Below, piece by piece: positions 47,036 to 56,469 of a DNA stretch of 64,000 nt. The stretch's first letter is position 1. Each line of letters opens with the position of its first letter. Source of the stretch: Shigella phage MK-13; sequence record MK509462; one strand, written 5' to 3'. Under the pieces are notes generated by a model that worked only from the letters and a program-made list of their open reading frames with translations, did not search any database and was not told the DNA's origin. A program made the position numbers and the translations under genes.

Positions 47036-49054
47036 ATGTCAGAATTTAAGCCCTTCGCAGTAGCCGTAAACAATAATGTGCTGGCCATGTCAGCAACTGG
47101 TCTGTTCATGACCAACATCGATAAAGATGCTCTGTGGGATCTGTACCTGAACTCTTTCCCTGCTGGCACCAACCCGCTCTACCGTGAGCGCACCGAGCAC
47201 GACTGCACCTGCTGTAAACAATTCATCCGTAACATCGGCGGTGTGGTGACCATCGACGCCGACCTGAACGTGATCTCTATCTGGGATAACATTCAGCTGG
47301 GTAACGAATACGACGTTGTCGCTGCGGCGCTGTCTGCGTATGTCAAGCAACACGCAATCGTCGACGTGTACTTCAACGATACCAAGAAAGTCGGTGTTGA
47401 GTCGAATCACGAAATGAAAGACGGTAATGTCCGCACCTACAACCACTTCCACACCGACCTGCTGCCCAGCTATGTTCTGCGGGCTGATGCCATCGCTTCT
47501 AAGAAGGGTGAAATCCGCCAGGCGATTGAAGTGTTTGAGCGCGGCCTGCGTGAACTGTCTCTGGAATCGGCCGAAATCGTTCTGGAACTGATTGATCAGA
47601 ATTCTCTGTATCGTGGTGAAGAGCACAAAGCTGCTGTGCAGGCGTTCGTGACGAGCAAGACCATGTACGAACAAACTGCAGAAGAGAAACGCGCTCTGTG
47701 GGCTTGGCGTACTGGCTACCGTGCAAACGGACACACCCCTCACGGCATCCGCAATACCGTGATTGGCTCTCTGTTGGTAGACCTCAATGAAGGTCGGGAT
47801 CTGGAAACCGCCGTGAAGTCCTTTGAAGCCAAAGTCGCTCCGACGAACTACAAGCGCCCAACCGCGCTGGTCACGAAGTCCATGATTGAAAACGCGCAGA
47901 AAGAAGTCGAAGCGCTGGGTCTGACTGATTCACTGGGTCGCCGTTATGCCGTGTATGACGATCTGACCATCAACAACGTTTTGTTTGCCGACCTGGCAGC
48001 ACAGAAGAAGATGGACCCGTTTGCTCAGCTGGCGTCTGAAGTGAAGACTCCGACCAAGTCCCTGGACAAGGTTGAAGAGATCACCATCGACGACTTCCTG
48101 ACCAACGTGTTGCCAAAGGCGCATTCCCTGGAAGTGCTGGTTGAGAACTCTCACACTGGCAACCTGATGTCCCTGATCGCCCCGGCTACGGTGGGTGCTC
48201 CTAACCTGTTCAAGTGGAACAACGGCTTCAGCTGGTCATACAATGGCGAAGTGGCCGACTCCATCAAAGAGCGCGTGAAGACAGCAGGCGGCAACGTCGA
48301 CAGCTTCCTCCGTGTGTCGCTGGCGTGGCATAACAACGACGACCTGGATCTGAGCCTGAACGATCCTCTTCACAACCACGTGTATTTCAACAACCGTCGT
48401 TCGGCAACTGGTGCAACCCTGGACATCGACATGAACGGTATGGACGGTATTGACCCGAACCGCCGTCCGGTGGAGAACATCTTCTTCAGCGATGAACGCA
48501 AGCTGCGTGACGGGAACTATGAGTTCTATGTCACCAACTACAGCAAGCGCGAAACCTGCGATGTGGGCTTCGAAATCGAAGTTGAATACAAAGGCCAGAC
48601 CAAGCGCTTCTCGCATCCTGGTCTGGGTAACAAAGACCGCACGTTGGCTGTTGTGGTTCAGGTACGCGCTGGTCAGGTGGTCGACATCAGTTCTACCCTG
48701 AAAGACGACGCTCGCTCTCAGGAAATCTGGGGCATCAAGACCTCCGTCTTCCAGAAGGTACAGCTGGTTCTGAACTCACCAAACCATTGGGACGGCGAGC
48801 AGACGGGCAACAAGCACGTGTTCTTCATCCTGGAAGGTTGTGCTAACCCTGTCGGCACCCGTGGCTTCTACAACGAATATCTGAAGCCGGAACTTGATAA
48901 ACACCGCAAGGTTTTTGAAATGTTAGGTGGTAAGATTAAAGTACAGCCAAGCACTGAGCAGCTGTCCGGTCTGGGCTTCTCTACCACCCAACGCAACCAC
49001 GTGTTCGTGAAGGTGAGCGGCTCGTTCAACCGCACTGTGAAAGTTGTGTTCTAA
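47036..49054 (+). CDS. hypothetical protein (672 aa)
   Basis: Preceded by hairpin + ACATTTGAACTGAAACAGGAAGACTACATC-ATG cassette; no motif recognised. Confidence 0.5.
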   Translation: MSEFKPFAVAVNNNVLAMSATGLFMTNIDKDALWDLYLNSFPAGTNPLYRERTEHDCTCCKQFIRNIGGVVTIDADLNVISIWDNIQLGNEYDVVAAALSAYVKQHAIVDVYFNDTKKVGVESNHEMKDGNVRTYNHFHTDLLPSYVLRADAIASKKGEIRQAIEVFERGLRELSLESAEIVLELIDQNSLYRGEEHKAAVQAFVTSKTMYEQTAEEKRALWAWRTGYRANGHTPHGIRNTVIGSLLVDLNEGRDLETAVKSFEAKVAPTNYKRPTALVTKSMIENAQKEVEALGLTDSLGRRYAVYDDLTINNVLFADLAAQKKMDPFAQLASEVKTPTKSLDKVEEITIDDFLTNVLPKAHSLEVLVENSHTGNLMSLIAPATVGAPNLFKWNNGFSWSYNGEVADSIKERVKTAGGNVDSFLRVSLAWHNNDDLDLSLNDPLHNHVYFNNRRSATGATLDIDMNGMDGIDPNRRPVENIFFSDERKLRDGNYEFYVTNYSKRETCDVGFEIEVEYKGQTKRFSHPGLGNKDRTLAVVVQVRAGQVVDISSTLKDDARSQEIWGIKTSVFQKVQLVLNSPNHWDGEQTGNKHVFFILEGCANPVGTRGFYNEYLKPELDKHRKVFEMLGGKIKVQPSTEQLSGLGFSTTQRNHVFVKVSGSFNRTVKVVF

Positions 49055-49098
49055 ACCTGATTTGAAATTGTAACCCATTCATCATTGAGGATAGTAAA

Positions 49099-49470
49099 AT
49101 GTTTGATAAAGCAACCCGTCTGAAACTGCGCTTCGAATCCAACAAAGGTCTGCTGTCTGTTGAGCAGGTCTGGGATCTGAGCCTGACTGCCCTGAACGAA
49201 ATGGCGAAAAGCCTGAGCCGTCAGGTGAAGGCAGCGGAAACCGATGAAGAAGATTTCATCGGCACCAAAAGCAACGTTGACTCCGAACTGCAGCTGCGCT
49301 TCGACGTTGTCAAGCACATCATCGGCGTTAAGCTGAAAGAGCGTGACGACAGCAAAGACGCGGCAGAGCGTAAGGCGAACAACCAGGTTATCCTGGAGCT
49401 GATCCAGCGTAAGAAACAGCAGGAGCTGGAAGGCAAATCTGTTGAAGAACTGGAAGCGCTGCTGAAATAA
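49099..49470 (+). CDS. hypothetical protein
   Basis: 123 aa, charged helical protein; GAGGA RBS. Confidence 0.4.
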   Translation: MFDKATRLKLRFESNKGLLSVEQVWDLSLTALNEMAKSLSRQVKAAETDEEDFIGTKSNVDSELQLRFDVVKHIIGVKLKERDDSKDAAERKANNQVILELIQRKKQQELEGKSVEELEALLK

Positions 49471-49485
49471 CCTGTCGGCCTGAGC

Positions 49486-49513
49486 AACCCCGCCATGTGC
49501 GGGGTTTCTTTTG
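49486..49513 (+). terminator. rho-independent terminator (aaccccgc-catgt-gcggggtt + TCTTTTGG)
   Basis: 8-bp GC stem plus T-run after 49099..49470. Confidence 0.6.
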
Positions 49514-49523
49514 GACAAAGAAT

Positions 49524-49925
49524 ATGAAACCTGTCATCTGTGATTACTGCGGCCTCCCAGCCGAATTCGTCGGTGGTGACGTCCTCCACCCTCATCGCCC
49601 TGACCTCCGCAATCTGAAGTTCTGGGTATGCACTCCATGTGGCGCTCGCGTCGGTTGCCATGCCCATGGCGACGGTAGACAACCTCTGGGAAGGATGGCG
49701 AATGCCGCTCTCCGTGCCGAGAAGCGAAAAGCCCATAGATCGTTTGACCCATTGTGGAAAAGCGGAGAGAGGAGCAGGAGCGACGCTTACAGTTGGCTGG
49801 CGCATAAGCTGGGGATCAAGAAGCGTGATTGCCATATCGGCTTGTTCGATATCGACATGTGCCGTAAAGTAGTTGTTGTATGCAACCAATTACGGGAAAC
49901 ACAGAATGGCAACCATCAATCGTAA
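49524..49925 (+). CDS. zinc-ribbon protein (two CxxC pairs)
   Basis: ORF 49497..49925 truncated to ATG 49524 (downstream of terminator); CDYCG...CTPCG motif. Confidence 0.4.
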   Translation: MKPVICDYCGLPAEFVGGDVLHPHRPDLRNLKFWVCTPCGARVGCHAHGDGRQPLGRMANAALRAEKRKAHRSFDPLWKSGERSRSDAYSWLAHKLGIKKRDCHIGLFDIDMCRKVVVVCNQLRETQNGNHQS

Positions 49926-50700
49926 TGAACCCAAAGGTGTTGAGCTGAAGGGTAAATCTGTTCGCGAAGGTCTGAAGCTGTCTCCAGACCTCCTGAAGTC
50001 CCACATTGCTGAAGTCATCTATGAAGACCGTGAAGTCGGTGGTCATCGTGTCATCACCTGCCATTTCAAGATGGACAACGGCTTTGTCGTCTTTGGTAAG
50101 AATAGCTCTACTTCCATCGACCCTGCCAACTTTGATGAAGAGTTGGGCAAGAAGCTGGCCTATGACAAGACTTTCTCCCAGTTGTGGGAACTGGAAGCCT
50201 ACCGCGCCGTTGTGGAGAAGCAGATGTTGGAGGTGGCTACCGCCGATGCGAAGATAGACATTTTCCAGTACATCTTCGAAAGGGGGAAGATAAACCAGAT
50301 GGCTGGTATGGCATTCTTGAAAGGTCATAGCCAGTCTTTCGTGTTCCATCATCCACGAGACCCAAGTCGCGGATTCGGTGCTGAATTTATTCATACCGAC
50401 AACGAACTTCACAATGACCAACACAACAGCAAAGTCCAGGCCAGAGTGGAAACATATTTGCGTTCACACATGCGGCCTGATGAACTGTATTCTGAACTCG
50501 TTGTTCGCCTGGCCAAGACTTGCACGGCGGCTTACAAGGGTGGGATCTACTTTAATGCCACCACTTGGGATAAGATGAGCGCCGAAGAGCAGAAAGGCTG
50601 CTGTGAAGACATTAGGCGGCTCTTGCTGGCTCCGGCGGATTATATCCCAACCGACCAGAAGGACGCGCTGTTCAAGGCCATCGTCGATTCCTACAAATAA
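49906..50700 (+). CDS. protein with N4 gp49 / Sf6 gp66-like N-terminal domain (tentative)
   Basis: ORF 49873..50700, ATG 49906; HRVITCHFKMDNGFVVFGKNSSTSIDPANFDEELGKKLAY...LWELEAYR resembles that family; from memory. Confidence 0.4.
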   Translation: MATINRNEPKGVELKGKSVREGLKLSPDLLKSHIAEVIYEDREVGGHRVITCHFKMDNGFVVFGKNSSTSIDPANFDEELGKKLAYDKTFSQLWELEAYRAVVEKQMLEVATADAKIDIFQYIFERGKINQMAGMAFLKGHSQSFVFHHPRDPSRGFGAEFIHTDNELHNDQHNSKVQARVETYLRSHMRPDELYSELVVRLAKTCTAAYKGGIYFNATTWDKMSAEEQKGCCEDIRRLLLAPADYIPTDQKDALFKAIVDSYK

Positions 50701-50810
50701 CTGAATTATCAAACTCCTTCAATATCAATGACGCCCAGTATATTTGCTGGGTGTTTCAATTTGTGCATCACAGTATAATACGGCTGTACAATACACCATG
50801 AGGCTACATT

Positions 50811-51665
50811 ATGTTTCGTTTGAAATTGAACGACCAAGATGTGTTCTACAAACACTTCACCTTCCCAGGTGGTGAGGAACATATCAAGATCCAAAAGTCT
50901 GGTATCCCTATCGGCCACGTCCAGAACGTGGCGATTGATGCTCACATCAAATCATCAGCCGACTTCGTTGAGCTGGCACTGCTGGTTAACGCCGTGCGCG
51001 GCCTGGGTAACGTGGACCGTCTGACGACCTTCCATGCGTATATCCCTTACTTCCCGTATGCTCGCCAGGACCGCCATTGCGACTTCGGCGAGCCTCTGTC
51101 CGTGAAGTGGGCGGCTGAGTTCATCAATAGCATGAACTTTGACCGCGTGGCGATCAAAGACCCTCACAGCCATGTTGTGTCTTCTCTTATCAACAACGTC
51201 CATGTGGTCCCGCAAGATTACATCGTGCGGCAGTATCTGGGCTGGTTCATCCGTGGGAACAACGCTGTGTTGGTAGCCCCTGACGGCGGCGCGGCTAAGA
51301 AGACCGAAGCCCTCAGCCTGTCTCTGGATGGCGTTCCTGTTGTCTACGGACACAAGAACCGTGACGCCAAGACTGGTGAGATCATTGGGGTGAGTATTAC
51401 AACCCCTGAACTGATCAAAGACCGTTATCTGGTGGTGGTCGATGATATCTGCGACGGTGGGCGCACGTTCGTTGAGTTAGGCAAAGAGCTTCAGAAGCAC
51501 AAGCCCAAACACATGACGCTCTTCGTTACCCATGGCATCTTCAGCAAAGGGCTTTCCGTGTTCGACGGGATCTACGATGCTGTGTATGCCGACACTGTCT
51601 GGTGGGAGAATATCACCGCCGACGGTCTTCCTTTCAAAACTGAAAATACAGGACGTGTAAAATGA
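50811..51665 (+). CDS. prs: ribose-phosphate pyrophosphokinase (PRPP synthetase, Prs)
   Basis: AYIPYFPYARQDRH matches Prs signature IPYFGYARQDR; PRPP-binding loop VVVDDICDGGRT matches VDDMIDTGGT. Confidence 0.75.
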   Translation: MFRLKLNDQDVFYKHFTFPGGEEHIKIQKSGIPIGHVQNVAIDAHIKSSADFVELALLVNAVRGLGNVDRLTTFHAYIPYFPYARQDRHCDFGEPLSVKWAAEFINSMNFDRVAIKDPHSHVVSSLINNVHVVPQDYIVRQYLGWFIRGNNAVLVAPDGGAAKKTEALSLSLDGVPVVYGHKNRDAKTGEIIGVSITTPELIKDRYLVVVDDICDGGRTFVELGKELQKHKPKHMTLFVTHGIFSKGLSVFDGIYDAVYADTVWWENITADGLPFKTENTGRVK

Positions 51666-53326
51666 GCATGCGCCACTTAGACCCAATCCATGCAATCGAC
51701 TTCTACAAATCAGGGCACATCTATCAGTTCCCTGAAGGCAGCGAGCTGGTGTTCTCCAACGGAACTCCGCGCTCCAACAAACTGTTCAACTCTCACCTGC
51801 CGAAGAACGGCGTGGTGGTCTGGGGCATCCAGGGTTTCATGACTTGGTTCCATGAACTGTTTGACGAAGCATTCTTCCAGCGCCCGAAGGCCAAGGTGTT
51901 GAAGAAGTATGCCCGTCGCATGAACAAAGTCCTGGGTCCAGGCCGCGTCGGCACAGAGCATATTGAAGCCCTGCATGACCTCGGCTACCTGCCTATCGAA
52001 GTCCGCGCGCTGCCTGAAGGCACCATGTGCCCGTATGGCGTTCCGGTGTATGTGATGTTCAACACCCTGCCGGAGTTCTACTGGCTGACCAACTATCTGG
52101 AGACTGTGTTCAGCTCTGAGATCTGGAAGCCGATGACGAACGCCACTATCGCTCTGCATTACAAGGCACTGATGGTGAAAGCTGCCCTCGCTACAGGCGT
52201 GTCACCGGACCATTGGTTCATCGACTACCAAGGCCACGACTTCTCCTTCCGTGGCATGAGCGGGTGGCATGACGCGGCGTCTTCCGGTTCCGGTCATCTG
52301 GTGTTCTTCAAAGGCACCGATACCAACCCTGCCCTGGACTTCGTTGAAGAGTATTATGGCGCAGACATCGACGAAGACTATGTCGTTGCTGGCTCCGTTG
52401 CGGCTACAGAACACGCCGTGATGTGTATGGGTACGAAGGATGGTGAATTCGAAACCTTCCGCCGCCTGGTGCAGGACGTGTATCCTGATGGCATCGTCAG
52501 CATCGTGTCTGATGCGTGGGATTACTGGCAGGTCATCGACGACTATCTCCCTCGCCTGAAAGATATTATCATGGCGCGTAACGGTAAAGTCGTGATCCGC
52601 CCTGACTCGGGCGACCCAGTTCATATCGTCGGCGGCTACCGCATTGAGGGGTTCAAAGACCGCGCCACGCTGAACATCAGCGGCGTGTCTAGCAGCACTG
52701 AAGTCATTCACATCGAAGAGACGAACACCTATCACCTGATCACAGGCGAAGGCACGATCAACTCTCTGATGGCAGACGACCGTAATATCATCAGCCGTTC
52801 TGAAGCAGTCGGCTCTATCCAGCGACTGTGGGAGATCTTTGGCGGTACTCAAACTGAAACTGGCCACTTCCTGTTGGACGAACACATCGGTCTGATCTAC
52901 GGTGACTCCATCACCCTGGCGCGTGAAGACCAGATCTTTAGCCGTCTGGCTGGCCGGAACTTCGCTTCCATCAACGTGGTGTTCGGTATCGGTTCCTACA
53001 CCTACCAGATGAACACCCGTGACAGTACTGGCACGGCGGTGAAAGCAACGGCTGGTAAGGTGAACGGTGAATTCCGTGAGATCTTCAAAGAGCCGAAGAC
53101 CGACAAAGGCGGGACTAAAAAGTCTGCGCGTGGTTTCCTTAAAGTCATTAAAGACTCTCAGGGTAAACTAGTGTTGGTTGACGGTATCACCTTTGATCAG
53201 GTGCAAGACGCCGACAACCAGCACCAGCTGGTGTATCGTGATGGCAAGTTCTTCAACACTCAAACTCTGGAAGATGCGCGTGTCCGCGCCGCTCCTCTGG
53301 TAGCAGAACTGGCATCACAAATCTGA
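51662..53326 (+). CDS. nadV: nicotinamide phosphoribosyltransferase (NadV / NAMPT)
   Basis: HDFSFRGMSG...GHLVFFKGTDT...GSVAATEHAV corresponds to NAMPT HDFGYRGVSS...AHLVNFKGTDT...SVPAAEHST; ATGA overlap with prs. Confidence 0.8.
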   Translation: MSMRHLDPIHAIDFYKSGHIYQFPEGSELVFSNGTPRSNKLFNSHLPKNGVVVWGIQGFMTWFHELFDEAFFQRPKAKVLKKYARRMNKVLGPGRVGTEHIEALHDLGYLPIEVRALPEGTMCPYGVPVYVMFNTLPEFYWLTNYLETVFSSEIWKPMTNATIALHYKALMVKAALATGVSPDHWFIDYQGHDFSFRGMSGWHDAASSGSGHLVFFKGTDTNPALDFVEEYYGADIDEDYVVAGSVAATEHAVMCMGTKDGEFETFRRLVQDVYPDGIVSIVSDAWDYWQVIDDYLPRLKDIIMARNGKVVIRPDSGDPVHIVGGYRIEGFKDRATLNISGVSSSTEVIHIEETNTYHLITGEGTINSLMADDRNIISRSEAVGSIQRLWEIFGGTQTETGHFLLDEHIGLIYGDSITLAREDQIFSRLAGRNFASINVVFGIGSYTYQMNTRDSTGTAVKATAGKVNGEFREIFKEPKTDKGGTKKSARGFLKVIKDSQGKLVLVDGITFDQVQDADNQHQLVYRDGKFFNTQTLEDARVRAAPLVAELASQI

Positions 53327-53333
53327 TAACCGA

Positions 53334-53355
53334 AGGGGAGGAAACTCCCCTGTTT
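53334..53355 (+). terminator. hairpin aggggag-gaaa-ctcccct + GTTTT
   Basis: Immediately after nadV stop. Confidence 0.5.
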
Positions 53356-53368
53356 TGAGGGAAACCTG

Positions 53369-53728
53369 ATGTCTGTGAAGATGAAAGGTGTCGAGTTCAA
53401 TGCGTACTACCACGATGATGAATATTGGGTGAACGGCGCTTGGCACGACGATCATTGCATCAAAGTCAATGGTGAATATCGCGAAGATGTAGACGCAGAT
53501 ATCCCCGATGACGCCGATGTGGTTATTGAATCCGGCGTGGTCTATGTTCCTGTGAATGGCGAAAGCGGGGTGGAAGAAAAAGACATCTCACTCGTCACCC
53601 ATTTCAAGAACTGGCGCAAACAGAAGAATTTCTCCTTCATTGTCGTGACGGTGGAGAAGAACAAGGTCGCCGATGTTCGCCAAGCCCTGCGGTCGATCCC
53701 TGGTGTCACCGAAGTCAAAGGTGGCTGA
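53369..53728 (+). CDS. hypothetical acidic protein
   Basis: 119-aa ORF, GAGGG RBS. Confidence 0.4.
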   Translation: MSVKMKGVEFNAYYHDDEYWVNGAWHDDHCIKVNGEYREDVDADIPDDADVVIESGVVYVPVNGESGVEEKDISLVTHFKNWRKQKNFSFIVVTVEKNKVADVRQALRSIPGVTEVKGG

Positions 53729-53729
53729 C

Positions 53730-53900
53730 ATGGCCAAACCATTTGAACGTGCGGGCGTCGACAACCTCGACCGCCGCTTTAGCCCATCGGAAACGCTGAT
53801 GAGTCAGATTGAACTCAATCGCGATTTCCTGGAACACATGCTGGTCAAGCCGGAAGGTGAGGCCGAAGACAACCCTGAAGAAGGCAATAACGATGATTGA
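53730..53900 (+). CDS. hypothetical small acidic protein
   Basis: ORF 53673..53900; ATG 53730 after AGGTGG; coupled to neighbours by overlapping stops/starts. Confidence 0.3.
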   Translation: MAKPFERAGVDNLDRRFSPSETLMSQIELNRDFLEHMLVKPEGEAEDNPEEGNNDD

Positions 53901-56094
53901 ATCATTAGAATTTAAGAATGCGGTTGAGACTGCTGCCCCGTCCAACCATGTAATCGTTGTGGACATCTCTTATTCGATGTACCGTGCGCTCCCTGAAGTC
54001 CGTAAGCATCTGAAGGAGAACCTGCCTTCTCTGGTGAAACCGGAAGACACTGTGAGTGTTCTGTATTTCTCCTCCAAAGGCGACTTTGGCACAGTGTTTG
54101 CTGGTCGTCAAATCAGCGCGGCTTCCGACCTGAGTGAGATGAACAAACTGATCGACCGCTTCCTACAACCGTCCGGATGCACCGGATTCGTGGAACCTCT
54201 GGGTCTGGCTGTAGACACCGCTCGTAGTCTGAAGAAGCCTGGTTATGTCAACAACCTGGCATTCATGACCGACGGCTATGACAACTGCTGGCGCTCCAAT
54301 GAAATCCTGGCCGTCGCCGAAACCCTGCCATTTGCTTTCGATAACATTACATTTATCGAATACGGCTGGTACTGTAACCGCGAACTGCTGGCTCTGATGT
54401 CTGAGCGCTCCGGTGCGACCCACGTGTTTGCCGAAGGTCAGGTTGAGTATCAGGCCGAGCTGGAAACCGTGCTGAAGTCTTCAGTGCCGAAGGTGGTTGT
54501 TGATGTGCCTCTGCTATACACCCACGCCATCTATGTTGAAAACGGCGTGGCAACTGTTCTGGCAGTACAGGCAGACTCAGAGCATCCCGTTGGCCACGTG
54601 AGCATCCCTGAGAGCGTCACGAAGCTGTGGGTCGTCAATCCTAACATGATCGACCAGCTTGATGCGCTGGCGGACATCCAGGCGGCATACGTGCTGGCGT
54701 TCTATGGCGTACACATCATGGACGCCGATTTGGTATGGGCTGCCCTGAAGAAAACGGGTGACGTTCGCTTCATCAAACAGTACAGCAACTGCTTCACCAA
54801 GCAGGACTACTCCAACATCAAGATCGATCTGGTTCAGGCTATTGTTGACGACCAGCTGCGCGGCGTTGACGGTATTGACTATGACCTGGTTCCAGCTGAA
54901 GATGCGACGACCGTCGTTGACGTGCTGACGTATCTGGCTGAAGCTGGCGTGTGTGTTGCTACCAAACATCCTATGTTCTCCTACAAGAGCATCGGTCGCG
55001 GTACGGCTCAGAAACTGGACGATACCGAAGACAAGCTGGCAGAACAGATCGCGAACGCCGAGTCCAAAGAAGAGCGCAAAGCCCTGGCTCTCAAGCTGGC
55101 CGAGCACGAAGAGTGGAACCCGACGTTCGAACCTAACAACGATCTGGGTGTTGTGCCAATCAGCGATTTGGTCTATAACTCCGAACGCCCTAATATCAGT
55201 GTACGCACTGTCCAGCACGGCACTGTGGCGATTCCGGAGTTCGTGCAGAAGAAGTTCGGTCTGCCTGAAGAACTGGATACTTTCCAATGGCGCAACTACA
55301 CCATCGTCAAAGACGGCATCATCAACGTGAAGACTCTGCCGTTCAGGGCTGATGTTGAAGTTGTAACCAATCTGTGCCAGATGGGCGTCCATGTGTTCGG
55401 TGGTCCGGAAGTGTTTGTCCTGAACCTGGAAAGCGTACCGCTGGTCAACCGCGCCATGGTCAAGAACATCAGTGCTGCTCAGTTCTTTGCGGATAATGTC
55501 CGTCTGGAAGCCCTGAAAGGCAAGCAGAAGGTGCTGAAGTTCTTCCGTGATGAACTGGTTGGCAAAGGTAACGCCAAAGGCCTGGCAGTACAGTACGGTG
55601 CTGAGGCGGCCGAGTTCCTGTCCTTCTACGGCATCCGTGATTACGGCTTCTCACCGAAGACCGAACTGAAGGACTCCACGGATGTCTACATGAGCCGTGA
55701 GCTGAACGTTAAGATCGCTGGAGCGTCTTCTCTGCCTAGCATCGCGGCAGTACAGAAGAAGATTGCCGAGAACAAGAAACTCAATGCGGGTGACTTGTTC
55801 ATCGCCAATGCTCTGAAGGAATACGAAGCATTCGTGAAGTCTCCTGCGATCACTGCCGTGCCTGAAGCCGTACAGAAACAGCTGATCGAAAACTGGATCG
55901 ACGCTGCTGCCAAGGCGGCCATCACTGAAGTCCGCGCCCTGAACAAGACGCTGTCTAAAGTGGTGTATGGTATCGTTGCTGGTCACGGCTGGTTCACCGA
56001 CCTCGACCTGGAAGAGTCCACCATGGAAGTTGAAGTGGATGGTGTGAAGTACAAGGTCACTGCCGAACTGGCAGAGAAAGAGATCAAAATCTAA
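53893..56094 (+). CDS. von Willebrand factor A (VWA) domain protein
   Basis: ORF 53809..56094; ATG 53893 (ATGATTGA overlap). N-terminal VIVVDISYSM is a MIDAS DxSxS motif in a beta-strand context; about 730 aa. Confidence 0.55.
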   Translation: MIESLEFKNAVETAAPSNHVIVVDISYSMYRALPEVRKHLKENLPSLVKPEDTVSVLYFSSKGDFGTVFAGRQISAASDLSEMNKLIDRFLQPSGCTGFVEPLGLAVDTARSLKKPGYVNNLAFMTDGYDNCWRSNEILAVAETLPFAFDNITFIEYGWYCNRELLALMSERSGATHVFAEGQVEYQAELETVLKSSVPKVVVDVPLLYTHAIYVENGVATVLAVQADSEHPVGHVSIPESVTKLWVVNPNMIDQLDALADIQAAYVLAFYGVHIMDADLVWAALKKTGDVRFIKQYSNCFTKQDYSNIKIDLVQAIVDDQLRGVDGIDYDLVPAEDATTVVDVLTYLAEAGVCVATKHPMFSYKSIGRGTAQKLDDTEDKLAEQIANAESKEERKALALKLAEHEEWNPTFEPNNDLGVVPISDLVYNSERPNISVRTVQHGTVAIPEFVQKKFGLPEELDTFQWRNYTIVKDGIINVKTLPFRADVEVVTNLCQMGVHVFGGPEVFVLNLESVPLVNRAMVKNISAAQFFADNVRLEALKGKQKVLKFFRDELVGKGNAKGLAVQYGAEAAEFLSFYGIRDYGFSPKTELKDSTDVYMSRELNVKIAGASSLPSIAAVQKKIAENKKLNAGDLFIANALKEYEAFVKSPAITAVPEAVQKQLIENWIDAAAKAAITEVRALNKTLSKVVYGIVAGHGWFTDLDLEESTMEVEVDGVKYKVTAELAEKEIKI

Positions 56095-56100
56095 TCCAAC

Positions 56101-56124
56101 GGGCGGGGCAACCCGCCTTTCTTT
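56101..56124 (+). terminator. hairpin gggcggg-gcaa-cccgcc + TTTCTTTG
   Basis: After VWA gene stop. Confidence 0.5.
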
Positions 56125-56136
56125 GGGAGAAGTAGC

Positions 56137-56463
56137 ATGAGCAGTAAACCAACATATGTTGAAGTCATGCGTCATCTGGCTCAGTACGCCACTGACAATC
56201 TGAACTTAGATGCAGACGAGGTGAAATACCCAAACGTCAAGAAAATGATTGACGGTGAAGTTGCCACAGACGATGCGTTGGATAAGTTTGCAGGCCTCCG
56301 CACCAAGAAGGATCTCGGCGGTGATGAACTGGACGCTATCGAAATTGTAATGGACCTCGAAGAAGAGTTTCAGGTCGAAATCGACGACGGTTGGCTGGGT
56401 AGTAAAGGCGATGACCCGACCATGGGTGAACTCGCTGAACTCGTGGTTGCCCTGCGCAAATAA
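56137..56463 (+). CDS. acyl carrier protein homologue with Ser-to-Glu substitution at the phosphopantetheine site
   Basis: DLGGDELDAIEIVMDLEEEFQVEIDDG aligns with E. coli ACP [27 protein letters not shown]; the DSL serine is GAA (Glu) at 56326..56328. Confidence 0.6.
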   Translation: MSSKPTYVEVMRHLAQYATDNLNLDADEVKYPNVKKMIDGEVATDDALDKFAGLRTKKDLGGDELDAIEIVMDLEEEFQVEIDDGWLGSKGDDPTMGELAELVVALRK

Positions 56464-56469
56464 CAGAAG

